From Eledone cirrhosa (taxonomy: Eukaryota): a stretch of 64,000 nt of DNA. Below, one piece after another: positions 1 to 12,637 of this stretch. The notes under the pieces are model-generated. The model searched no databases. It was not told the DNA's origin and saw only the letters and a program-made list of their open reading frames with translations. The translations under genes and the position numbers were made by a program. The first letter of the stretch is position 1; each line of letters opens with the position of its first letter. The stretch covers positions 44,640,001 through 44,704,000 of the forward strand of contig OZ024754.1 in NCBI GenBank assembly GCA_964016885.1. Direction: 5' to 3'.

Positions 1-43
1 TCAATATTTTTATATATTGTTTGTTTTTCTATATTACTACTAC

Positions 44-77
<34 letters not shown>

Positions 78-85
78 AATAAGTA

Positions 86-313
86 TAACCCTTTAGCATT
101 TACATTACTCTATATATACTATTCTATTTTTGTGGTAAAGGCTTTATCTTACATAATTATCTCACATAATCTTGAATCTATGAGATTTTGATGTTATTCA
201 TTTTGAGAACATTACCTTAACATCAGTATGAGTGGCCAGTTACATCCAGTTTGAAGAGAAAGAGGTGAGAGAATTCTGACCGGATTTGGCCGGTTTAAAT
301 GCTAAAGGGTTAA
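86..313. mobile_element. piggyBac-like MITE family, representative copy (others at approx. 1625-1922, 9705-10034, 15988-16306, 21404-21587, 23879-24106, 27968-28394, 30793-31007, 35284-35495, 39397-39608)
   Basis: TTAA-CCCTTTAGCATTTA ... TAAATGCTAAAGGG-TTAA terminal inverted repeats with TTAA ends and a shared internal sequence. Confidence 0.8.
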
Positions 314-650
314 AGAATGATATAAATATGCAGAGCTGCTATGAAATAGCTTATAGAATATGATGAAGGCCCTTAAAAGTCAGAAAAAGATGCTGCAATT
401 AACTGCTATAAGGAATTGAACCCTGTATCTGGAAGATGTCGGGTTGAATCCCTCATAGCGGCTGATGGCAACTTCTTTTTCTGACTTTTAAGGGTCTTCA
501 CCCTATTTTCTAAGATATTTTATAGCAACTTTTTACATCCTTAACACTTATATATACTTATATATATGTGTGTGTGTGTATTCTCAGCGCTTAAAAGTTC
601 GAGAAATTAGCCACATTTATTATTATTGTAGTTATTACATTATTACCATT

Positions 651-845
651 ATGGTGGATTGGTAGTATCAGTAGAGGGTCGGACGCCATGCTTTGCAGCA
701 TAGTGTCACGTCCCTTTACGGTCTGAGTTCAAATCCTGCCAGGGTTAACTTTGCCTTTCATCCTTACGGGGTCGATAAAATAAAGTACCAGTAATGTACT
801 GGGATAATTGCTGGCTTTGTGCCAAAAAGAGAAACTATTATTATT
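651..845 (+). mobile_element. tRNA-derived SINE with Nin/Deu-like central domain, representative copy (others at approx. 6409-6660, 9825-10010, 12090-12280, 26232-26710, 27995-28210, 40410-40630, 53560-53930, 61620-61815)
   Basis: B-box-like GAGTTCAAATCC, core GCCTTTCATCCTTACGGGGTCGATAAAATAAAGTACCAG, (ATT)n tail. Confidence 0.8.
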
Positions 846-1020
846 ACCATTATTATTATTATTATTAATGATGTGCTTTGGTTGATCTCATATTGTTTTG
901 CTTTATATATAATTGGATGTTTGTATTTGTTTTGTTTTATTAACTTATAACTTATTTACTGCGGAATATGTCTGACTTATCTTCTCTTGTTCTTTCTACT
1001 AATTATTTGGATATTATTAT

Positions 1021-1262
1021 ATACACCATGTTATACGATATAATAGTATAGACCATGTTATACGATATAATACTATAGACCATGTTATATGATATAATAC
1101 TATAGACCATGTTATACAATATAATACTATAGACCATGTTATACAATATAATACTATATACCATGATATACAATATAATACTATATATATACGCCATGTT
1201 ATACAATATAATACTATAAACCATGTTATACAATACTATATATATATATATACCATGTTATA
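1021..1262. repeat. 27-bp minisatellite
   Basis: ATACTATAGACCATGTTATACAATATA repeated about 8 times. Confidence 0.9.
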
Positions 1263-2161
1263 ACATGTAATAACGAATTTAAATACTGTAAAGCTAATGA
1301 CAATAAATTGTTAGAGAAAAACAAGCACTTTTTCAAATCTACGACAGCAGAATGGACTTCCATACCGTAGGTATGATTTCGGCTTGTTTTTATACCACAA
1401 AAGAAGGAACTCAGGGCCTCAAACATCACACAAAAACGAACTCAGACAAAACTTTTTCTTCGTGAAACTGTTCGGGCAAAATGTTTTGTGGTATTTAGTT
1501 CTGACTTTTTACATTCTGAGTTCAAATCCCACCAAGTTCAACTCTACTTTTCATCCATTTGTGATCAATAAACTAAAATACCAGTCATGTACTGAGGTTG
1601 ATTTAATCAATTTTTCTGTTCCCTTAACCCTTTAACATTTAAACCAGCCATATCTGGCCAGAATTCTCTCACCTCTTTCTGTTCAAACCAGCCATAACTG
1701 GCTGCTCATACTTATGTTAACCCTTTAGCATTTACATTACTCGGTAACGGCTTTACCTCGTATAATATCTCACATAATCTTGAATCTATGAGATTTTAAT
1801 ATTATTTATGTTGAGAACAACACCTTAACATAAATATGAGTGGCAAGTTATGGCTGGTTTGAACAGAAAGAGGTTTTTAAAATTCTGGCCGGATATGGCT
1901 GGTTTAAATGCTAAAGAGTTAAGGTTTTGTTCTCAAAATATATAATATGAAAATCTCATAGATTTGATATTATATGGGATATTTATGTTTACCATGAAAA
2001 TACAATAGTAAACATAGAGTAATGTAAATACTAAAGGGTTAAACTTCTAGGCTCTGTGACTAAATTAGTAACACTTATTATGTGTCATAGTGTTTGCTGT
2101 GATTGTCAACTAATATTCTGTGGGTGACTTGCTAAAATACAGGCTGTCCTTTCTATTTTAG

Positions 2162-2303
2162 GGCGTCTTAACAGCTGATGAAGTTGCAGCCCTTATGTCA
2201 AACTACCAATACACGGGTGCCACTACCAATATACACCCTTATCTCTCTGCTATGGTCAACTATGCTCAACCTGTCAAGTTCCAGTCCTTTGAAATAGCAG
2301 AAG
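2162..2303 (+). CDS. PLCB4: PLC-beta4-like exon (end of X-Y linker, start of Y domain); upstream exons lie outside the window
   Basis: ttttag|GGC...GAAG|gtattt; translates [47 protein letters not shown], resembling the PLCB4 [20 protein letters not shown] motif. Confidence 0.93.
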
Positions 2304-2851
2304 GTATTTCTTTCTTCTTCTTTCTTTCTTTCTTTTTCCCTTTACTCTTCATCTGTTTCTTCTTATCTACCTAGCTGTCTCTGTCTTTATATGTCTGTCT
2401 GTCTGTCTGTCTTTATATGTCTGTCTGTCTGTCTTTATATGTCTGTCTGTCTGTCTTTATATATCTGTCTGTCTATTGAACTGTCTATCTATCTATCTAT
2501 CTATATATATATATATATATGCCCCTGTGGCAAATAAAGAAAGATATCGTCTAACCCATGCTAGCGTGGAAGAAGAATGGATGTAAAACGGTGATGATGA
2601 TGATCTATCTCTCTACTTTGTCTCTGTCTTTTTGTATCTCTCTATCTATCTATCTATCTCTCTATCTATCTATCTGTGTGTGTGTAGCTACATGTCTACC
2701 TGTACATTCCTACCTGTCTACCTGTGTATAGTCTGATTACCTTTCAATCTCTTCCCCTTTGTCTCCTCCAAAATTACTTTAATGTTCCTTACTAAATAAT
2801 ACAGAAAAGGGGCTAAAAAAAAAAAGGTTTTAAAATACCCCAAACCAGTGG

Positions 2852-3480
2852 CGCATCACCACCACCATCAACACCACCACCACCATCAACACCACCACCA
2901 CCATCAACACCACCACCACCATCAACACCACCACCACCATCACCACCACCACCACCACCACCACCATCAACACCACCACCACCACCACCATCATCACCAC
3001 CAACACCACCACCACCACCACCACCATCACCATCACCACCAACACCACCACCACCACCACCATCAACACCACCACCATCATTAACACCACCACCACCATT
3101 AACACCACCACCACCATCATCACCACCACCATCAACACCACCACCATCATCACCATCACCATCATCACCATCACCACCAACACCACCACCATCACCACCA
3201 CCAGCACCATCACCACCACCAGCATAACCATCACCACCAACACCAACACCACCACCATCACCACCACCAGCATAACCATCACCACCACCATCAACACCAC
3301 CACCACCATCACCACCACCATCACCACCATCACCATCAACACCATCACCACCATCACCATCAACACCACCAACACCATTATGAACAAAACCATCACCACC
3401 ACCAACAACACCAACACTATTATAACCACCACCAACACCACCACTATCACTACTACAACCACTACATACCACTACCATCA
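2852..3480. repeat. (CAC/CAT/CAA)n trinucleotide array
   Basis: direct reading; source of the poly-His/Gly/Val ORFs. Confidence 0.95.
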
Positions 3481-3559
3481 CTTCAGTGCCAACCCTGTTA
3501 CTATTACCATTATTCTATGACTCTTTTCTATGTCTGTCTGTGTGTCTTTTTACTTTCAG

Positions 3560-3644
3560 AGCGTAACATCCATTACCACATGTCATCGTTCAACGAGAAC
3601 GCAGGCTTAGGTTATTTAAAAACTCAGGCTATAGAATTTGTCAA
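3560..3644 (+). CDS. PLCB4: PLC-beta4 Y-domain exon, mutually exclusive variant A (85 nt)
   Basis: tttcag|AG...GTCAA|GTATCCTT; (E)[27 protein letters not shown](N); U12-type donor. Confidence 0.93.
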
Positions 3645-4400
3645 GTATCCTTGTGCAATCTAACCCATCTTCATGTTGGGCCCTGATAGGGAATTTCAAG
3701 GGATTAACCTTCTTGGTGCTGTGGGTGATTGAAGTTGCTGATAGAGTAGTCTCTCTTTAATACGTAATACAGTATCAAGGGAAGTAATTCATAAAAAGAT
3801 TCAGCCTCCAGAAGGTTAAGCAGTGTGTGGCGCTGTAGTGAAGCAGTCCCACACACAACAATGTAGCACTGTGTACCTCTGTAACCAAGCAGTGTGTGTC
3901 CATGGTAAGCAAGCAGTGTTTGCCTCTGTAACCAAGCAGTGTGTGCCACCATAATCAAGCCATAATTTCACTCCCTGTCATACTATGGGGCTCTGTTAAC
4001 TCTATGTATAATATCTATATATCATATATAGATATATACACACACACATATATATATATATACATATATATGATGATGATGATGATATATATATATATAT
4101 CTATATAAGATGCAAAGAAAATATGAGTGATATGAAAAGATTTCCTGGTGGAAGTTCAGGTAAACTCCAGGTGTAGATCCAGTTTTTCAGAGTAAAAATC
4201 CAATTTGAAAATCCAACGAATTTGATATATATATATATATGTTGTAGTAAAAGAACTGGGAGATTATAACCAAAGGTTGGTAGAGCACTCATTCGAAAGG
4301 AACGAGTTGGGTATTGTGGAACTAACTCTCTCTCTCTCTCTGTATATATAGACGGGAACTAAATTAAAGATGTCACCATCGTTCACGATGGACAACCAAG

Positions 4401-4466
<66 letters not shown>

Positions 4467-4950
4467 AAGAGTGAAGAATAACATGGTCAACAGTACAAAA
4501 AGAGTTTTATTTACAGTCTAACAATTGTTTCATTGATTAGAGTGTCTAAAAATTGCTAATTTAATGATGCACAGTTAACACATCTTGGGGAATCAATGAA
4601 TTAATCCAACTCATCAATGATCTCATTTCTAATCAAATTATCGTTAATCCTCAAATTTCCACCTCCTCCAGGGTCAGTTAATTAGTTAAGGTAATACATA
4701 TATTGACATTATGTCTAATTGAAGAAAAGAAAACTAGCACAGAACAGTCCATTATTACTGCTGTTACTATTGTTGTTATTGGTGACATTTCAATTTAATG
4801 CTAACAACTATATGTAAAGTTTTAAAATATTTGTTATTTTCTGTTTTTCTCACTTTTTGTGGTTCATCTAACTTGTGTTTCTCATCCAATGACTCTAATA
4901 TTTAAATATATTTTTTATTTCTGTTTTGATATACATTATATACACATACA

Positions 4951-4981
<31 letters not shown>

Positions 4982-5035
4982 TAGGACAATATAGATTAGT
5001 AACCCCTTGAACTGCAGCTATGGTGGGATTCCCTC

Positions 5036-5086
<51 letters not shown>

Positions 5087-5100
5087 GCAAATAGTGCTCC

Positions 5101-5134
<34 letters not shown>

Positions 5135-5146
5135 GCAAATAGTGCT

Positions 5147-5207
<61 letters not shown>

Positions 5208-5509
5208 GTGGAACACTGGAAGGTAATATCCGTAGTGGTAGAGCACTCAGTCCATGGGACGAGTTAGGTAGAAGTGGTTACACAAAAGTTAGTTCACCGT
5301 ACCGAGAACAATTGTTTCACCTTAGCGGATCTTCAGCTCAGGATGTGTATGGTTATAGGAAGAGGAAGGACAACCGTACGAACGTGCATGCGCAGAAACT
5401 CGGTCACTTCACACCCGCACGTAGTATACTATTGCCTGTGTGAAGTGACCGAGTTTCTGCGCATGCGCGTTCGTACGGTTGTCCTTCCTCTTCCTATAAC
5501 CATACACAT

Positions 5510-5550
5510 CCTAAGCTGAAGATCCGCTAAGGTGAAACAATTGTTCTCGG
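5510..5550 (+). ncRNA. minimal hammerhead motif (mirror copy on - at 5302-5342)
   Basis: CCTAAG-CTGAAGA-TCCGCTAAGGT-GAAAC-AATT-GTT-CTCGG; the minus copy has CCTGAG and a fully paired stem I. Confidence 0.6.
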
Positions 5551-5773
5551 TACGGTGAACTAACTTTTGTGTAACCACTTCTATATATCTATATATCTAT
5601 ATATATATATATATATATATATATTGAGTATGTGTTGGTTGTTTACCGACACTTCAGTGTGCAGGTTGGAGCACTCAATGCAGTACGCAGGTTGGTTTGT
5701 TTACTCCAGAGTAATGTAAAATAATATGCGTAAGTCAAACATGTTAAAGTAGGCTTCATTTATTCATATTATA

Positions 5774-5814
<41 letters not shown>

Positions 5815-6030
5815 CAGATACTCAGATAAACGATTGTCCATGAAGCTCGCAAGCCACATATGGTCACTCAAAAATGCAGATGTGGATTACTCCATTAAAT
5901 GGAAAGTTATAGTTAAATCTAGTCAATACAGAAATGGGGATTTGTCTTGTTGGCTGTGTATTGAGGAACAAATAAATATCTTGTACAATACCTGTCTAAA
6001 TACAAAATTCGATTTCTATAGTATTTATTA
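5815..6030 (+). mobile_element. Penelope-like element fragment, GIY-YIG endonuclease C-terminal region
   Basis: LASHIWSLKNADVDYSIKWKVIVKSSQYRNGDLSCWLCIEEQINILY resembles the PLE LS.hIW.LK...y.I.W.I....C.LC..EK pattern; flanked by (TA)n. Confidence 0.7.
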
Positions 6031-6180
6031 ATCTAGGTTGTTTGTCCAGGGTATATATATATATATACGTGTATATATATACGTGTATATTATCTGTGTC
6101 CATGCAATGTTCTATATAGTTTATATTTGAAGGGATGTTTGACCAGAAATAGAAACAACTTAACCACACACTGACACTCC

Positions 6181-6230
<50 letters not shown>

Positions 6231-6364
6231 TATATATGTTGTCTTTCTCTCTCTCTCTCTATCTCTATCTCACCCTCTCTCTCTATCTCACTGCATGTTG
6301 CTACCAATTTATAAGTATTTATATATTGTTTGTTGTTTTCTTCATGCTATTATTGTTGTTGTTG

Positions 6365-6409
<45 letters not shown>

Positions 6410-6751
6410 ACTTTTGGCACAAGGCCAGCAATTACCCCAGTGCATTACTGGTACTTTATTTTATCGATCCCATAAGGATGAAAGGCAAAGTTAACCTCAG
6501 CGGGATTTGAACTGAGACCAGTTGCGTCCCTTTATGGTCTGAGTTCAAATCCTGTCAATGTTAACTTTGCCTTTCATCCTTACAGGGTCAATAAAATAAA
6601 GTACCAGTAATGCACTGGGGTAATTGCTGGCCTTGTGCCAAAAGTAGAAATAATAATTATTATTATTGTTGTTGTTGTTGTTGTTGCATGAATCTTAATT
6701 TTTGGTTTGTTTTCTGTTGTTTTTTTTCTTTCTTTTGTTTTTATTTGCAAG

Positions 6752-6836
6752 CTAAAAGACTCAACTATACGATGTCTTCGTTCAACGAGAACGCTGGACT
6801 GAGTCTCATCAAACACAGCTGCTTGGATTTTGTAGA
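6752..6836 (+). CDS. PLCB4: PLC-beta4 Y-domain exon, mutually exclusive variant B (85 nt)
   Basis: long U-tract + aag|CT...GTAGA|GTATCCTT; (A)[27 protein letters not shown](D); same length, phases and U12 donor as variant A. Confidence 0.82.
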
Positions 6837-6929
6837 GTATCCTTGTTGTATTGTGCTCCTCCACCTCACTACACCACTCCTCCACCACCATACCTGTCTG
6901 TCCATCTCTCCTCCATATATATATATGGC

Positions 6930-7225
6930 TCTGAATATTAATACACTGAGGATGAAAAACTCAGAGCTGTATGGCAGCCTCCCAAAAGTCAGCTCGAAAG
7001 TGACACAGAGGGAACTGAGGTTAGCTGGACATGCTCACCAACATCCAGAGTTGACATTGCACTCAGTGCTCCTTTGGGAGCCCCTACATGGACACACTGG
7101 AAGAGGAAGACCGAGGTATAACATATGTTGATGCCCTAAGGACAGAAACTGGTCTGTTGGAGACGCAGGACATTCAGCGATAATGAGGGACAGAGGTGCT
7201 GGAGAGAACTCGTCCATGGATCTCG
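6930..7225 (+). mobile_element. RTE-like LINE 3' fragment (related copy 63262-63430, minus)
   Basis: NSELYGSLPKVSSKVTQRELRLAGHAHQHPEL...[16 protein letters not shown]. Confidence 0.8.
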
Positions 7226-7242
7226 GGAATTTTACCCGCCCT

Positions 7243-7278
<36 letters not shown>

Positions 7279-8476
7279 ACACATATGCACACACAATCTA
7301 TATCGCTCTGATCAATCAACAAGATTGCAAGCCTCATTCACTTGCTGAATGGGATGGACCTCGTCAAATTTGACCAAGGAAACAATGTTTCCATTGTCTT
7401 TCCATTGCTGATACTATCTACCGGTCACAACTCCTTGGCAAAAGGAGCAACCTGAAATAAAGTGTCTTCCTCAAGGACACAATGCATCACCCTGTCCAAG
7501 AATTGAACTCACAACCTCACGATTGCTAATCCAGCTCTGTAACCTCTCAGCCACGTACCTTTACTATATATAGTAATAGTAAATACAAAGACCAAAGTCC
7601 TCAAATTTAGGGTATCAATAATTACATTATTCAATGAGTGGTTCCTATTAAAGACTGTAGGATGAGGGAGATTTGGCTGTTGTTTCTCACAGGTCAAGGA
7701 ATCAAGTAGAACTCTGCATGTGTATAATTGTAGAATTGTAAGTGGGAGATAATATTTGAATTTCAGTAACAAATGTTAAAAAAAAGTTCAACAAACCTAC
7801 TGCATCCCCTTCCCCTCTCTCCCCCCTCTCTCCTCCTCTCACCCCTCTCTCCCCTCTCTCCCCTCTCTCCTCCTCTCACCCCCCTCTCTCCTCCTCTCAC
7901 CCCTCTCTCCTCCTCTCACACCCCTCTCCTCATCTCCCCCCTCTCTCCCCATCTCTCCCCCATCTCTCCTCCTCCCCCTCTCTCCCCCTCTCCCCCCTCT
8001 CTCCTCCTCTCCCCCCTCTCTCCTCCTCTCCCCCCTCTCTCCTCCTCTCCTCCCTCTCTCCTCCTCTCTCCTCCTCTCTCCTCCTCTCCTCCCTCCTCTC
8101 CTCCCTCTCTCCTCCTCTCCTCCTCTCACCCCTCTCTCCTCCTCTCACCTCTCTCTCCTCCTCTCACCTCTCTCTCTCTATATGTGCGTGTGTTTATAAG
8201 TGTGTATATCAGTCCTAAACAAATGAGGTCGTGTAGGTGTCACGACAAAAAAACACACAGTCCACGCTGTAATGTGGCCGTGTAGGTAACACGGTAAAAA
8301 CCTCCCAGTCCACACTGTAAATGTGGTTGGTGTTAGGAAGGGCATCCAGCTGTAGAAAACCCGCCAGACAGTCCTATGCGAGCAAGACAACCACTCTTGC
8401 CTCAAGTGGGAAAACTCCTGTCCAAACCCATGCAAGCGTGGAACATGGACGTTAAACGATGATGATGATGTATATG

Positions 8477-8511
<35 letters not shown>

Positions 8512-8538
8512 ATATATATATATATGCATGTATGTATG

Positions 8539-8576
<38 letters not shown>

Positions 8577-9530
8577 TGTATGTATGCAAATATATATATA
8601 TATATGTATATATATATGTGTGTATATATATATGCATGTATGTATGTAAATATATATGTATATATAGATGTATATATATTTATGTGTGTGTATATATATA
8701 TGTGTGTGTGTGTGTACATATATATATATATATAAAACCTGCGACTTCGACTGCATCCAATGATGTAGACCAGTTCTTCTTTTTGGGGTAAATGCATTCA
8801 ATGTTCAGAGAGTGGGATTGGCTCCGTGCAAAGCCTTTCCTCACTTAAAAAAGCTTCAAACACAGGCATCGCTTGATATGTGATATTTTTTGGCAATGTA
8901 TAGTATTGCTGGCCACAGGCAAGTCCTTAGCAGGACTAAAAAGCCACGTCTTTGATGTTCATGTTTAAGTATCAAACGATGGCATTACTCGAAATCAAGT
9001 TGCAGCCATCATATATATATATATGTATATATATATATGTAGGAGGTGAGTTTTATTGTTGTACAATAAAGCAATGCAGATATCGGATAAGAAGCACTCT
9101 ACAGTTTGTAGGACTGGAGTATACATAATATATAAGATCAAAAGATGGTTAAAGGAGTTCCATGTATTTTATTATGCGCATTTCAAAAACAAACATCATC
9201 ATGCAATAATATTTGTGTTTTCATCAGATAAAACAGGAGAACATGATATGAAGGCTAAAAAACACTTGTGGATAGTGCAGTTTTAAATCAACATATATAT
9301 ATATATAGTAATAATAATATATTTGAAAACTAAAATTAAAAATGGGCTCGATAAGGATAAATATATATCAAATATATAAGAACCGTAGAGCAAATATTTA
9401 TTAAAATAACAGATTAAAGTTTAAGCAAAGAATCGCTGCTTTCACCCTTAACGGGATCTTCTGAAACTCAGAAGATCCCGTTAAGGGTGAAAACAGCAAT
9501 TCTTTGTTTAAACTTTAATCTGTTATTTTA

Positions 9531-9568
<38 letters not shown>

Positions 9569-11176
9569 ATTTATTGGTTTGTGTAAACATTGTTGTGTAA
9601 TATTATTAGTAGTATTAGAATTGTTGTATTAATTATTGGCTTATGTGTATGATTAATGTTGTTGTTGTTGTTGTGTGTATGTAGCGAGTTATATTTACAC
9701 TGATTAACCCTTTAGCATTTAAACCGGCCATATCCGGCCAGAATTCTCTCACCTCTTTCTGTTCAAACCAGCTGTAACTGGCCACTCATACTTATGTTAA
9801 GGTATTGTTCTCAAAATAAATAATAGTTTCTACTTTTGGTACAAGGTTAACAATTATCCCAGTGTATTACTGGTACTTTATTTTATTGACCCCGTAAGGA
9901 TGAAAGGCAAAGTTAAAATCAGCGGGATTTGAACTCAGACCGTAAAGGGTCGTAACTCTATGCTGCTAAGCATGGCGTCCGACCCTCTACCGATTCAGCC
10001 AATCCACATTATAATGTAAATGCTAAAGGGTTAATGCATTATTAATATAACATACACACATACATACACACATGCATACATACACACATACATACCTGCA
10101 TACACACATACATATTTATACAGACATTTCTCGATATACATGTTCATATACACTACATTATACATACATACCTATATGTATGTATGTATAATGTAGTGTA
10201 TATAAACAACTTAATTGCTCTGCACCATTGTTTTAATGTTTTGCTTTGTTTGATTTTAAAATAAAACCTCTAAACACTGTGTGTGTGTGTGGCTTCTTTC
10301 ACCCTTCACATCAACATAATAATAATGATTTCATTTATTGGCCACAGGGGCCGACATGTAGGGGACAATACAAAGACAGGGACAGTGGAGGGGTTTACAA
10401 TAAGCTCAAGTAAAAGTGTACAATAGCAAGACCAATTTAATAATAATGATTTCTGATTTAGACACCAGGCCAAATTCTTTATTCGTAAATTAAAATATAA
10501 AATATTTCATTAGAAATACAATAAGAAAAGAGTTAATTAAATTATATTGTAGCAGAATATATTTACCATAATAGTACTATACTATACTATAGAATATATT
10601 GACCATAATAGTACTATACTATACTATAGAATATATTGACCATAATAGTACTATATTTTAAAAAAATTACATGACAATCACAGACAGTGTCTTCCATTAG
10701 AAATATGGAAATGAAAGGGTTAAAGTGTTTATATTTATCAAAAAAACCTTCAAGTATAATTTTATGTAATCTTAAGAAATTTCATGGAGTATAAAAACAT
10801 TCATTCTAACGACAAATTCTTTATAATGGTATTTGTTATAACGGAATTTTACCTGGATTACTAAATCCCTTCAAATCCTTGATTATTTTTAGAATTATTT
10901 GAAAATTATAGACAATATCTTTCTTGAAAAATATGGGAATGAAAAAGTTAAGCTGTGTTAAGAGGAACTATAATTTTTTTTTTTTTTTATTGCTCCAATA
11001 ATTGAGGGGTGGGGTGGGGGTGGGGGTATTAAGATGACAAAACAGTTAGGAAAGTTATCTTCTTTATATTAAGTATACAGTAATTATAATGTTGTTAGCA
11101 ATATTATTTCCTTCATCACTTGGTCCTCTGTCCCCAAGCTCTACACCCTAGTCCACCCCCACAATATTCGGTTTAT

Positions 11177-11196
11177 TTCCTTAACGTGTTCACCAG
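11177..11196 (+). promoter_or_regulatory. U12-type (minor spliceosome) branch site and 3' splice site
   Basis: TTCCTTAAC at 11177-11185, 11 nt before the exon start (CAG|), no long polypyrimidine tract; partners the GTATCCTT donors at 3645 and 6837. Confidence 0.9.
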
Positions 11197-11269
11197 TTAT
11201 AACAAGCGCCAAATGAGTCGTATCTACCCAAGGGGTGGAAGAGTTGATTCCAGTAACTATATGCCACAG
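11197..11269 (+). CDS. PLCB4: PLC-beta4 Y-domain exon
   Basis: [24 protein letters not shown]|gtaag; canonical [12 protein letters not shown] motif. Confidence 0.96.
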
Positions 11270-12341
11270 GTAAGTGATTGATTTGTTTTTTCACTCTTTT
11301 GTTTGTTTGTGTGTGATTGTGTTTGTACCTGCTGTCATCATCATTTAACCCTCTAGCATTTAAACTGGTTGTAACTGGCCAGAATTCTCTCACCTCTTTC
11401 TGCTCAAACCAGCTGTAACCGGCTGCTCATACACAAAATAAATATCAAGATTTCATAGATTTGATATTATGTGAGGTAAAGCCTTTACTGTAAAAATACA
11501 ATAGTATTGGCAAAAGTGTTAATGTATTTAAAGAGAGTGATCTGTGTAATACTGATCTTTGATAAATATTAAAACCCTTTAAAAATATTTGACAATTCAT
11601 ACTGAGATATGCCTTTATGATCATGTAGTTCCCAGCACTGTATTTTTGCCTATGGAGGTCTAATAATTTATATAAATGGTTTCATGATCCAGCCACCTCA
11701 GTGTTCTCACCCATGATAATCAAAGACAGATCATACATCTGAAGAAGTTTCTTTATTCCCTCTCTGGCGATAATTATCTGATTTTAATAGAATGTGCTCC
11801 TAGTCCAGGTACCCCCCCCCCCTTCAAGTAGCGCCTATGTCATATGCCATGCTTACCATATCTTAGATACAACCCTGCTACTGACTTCTCAAATGGGCAC
11901 AAATCTTGATTACATATGAACCGATGCTCTTCTATTCACTTTATCGTGGTGCCAGTGAAATCAACCCCAGTGCGTGACAGGTACTTTAATTTATCAAACT
12001 CATAAGGATGAAAGGCAAACCTAACTTTGGCGGGATTTGAACTCAGAACAAATCCCATTGTGTGTGTGATTGTGTGTGTTTTCTCTTGAAATAATTGTTT
12101 CTACTTTTGGCACAAGGCCAGCAATTACCCAGTACATTACTGGTACTTTATTTTATCGACCCCGTAAGGATGAAAGACAAAGTTAACCTAGACGGGATTT
12201 GAACTGAGACCGTAAAGGGACGTAACTATGCTAGAAAGCATGGCGTCCAACCCTCTACCAATACTGCCAATTCACCGCCCATCTTCTCTTGAAACAATGG
12301 TATTCTATTTTATTCTATTTTATTATTTTTGGTGGTGTTAA

Positions 12342-12533
<192 letters not shown>

Positions 12534-12602
12534 TAAGGCACTGGATCATCATCATCATCATCATCATCATCATATCCGATTTTTTATGATTATATACATG
12601 CA

Positions 12603-12637
<35 letters not shown>

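Noticed and set aside
1348-1370. Possible PLC micro-exon ending CGTAG|gtatga
   Set aside because: 20 or 23 nt long, ends in TAG in the frame needed for the phase-0 next exon, weak acceptor
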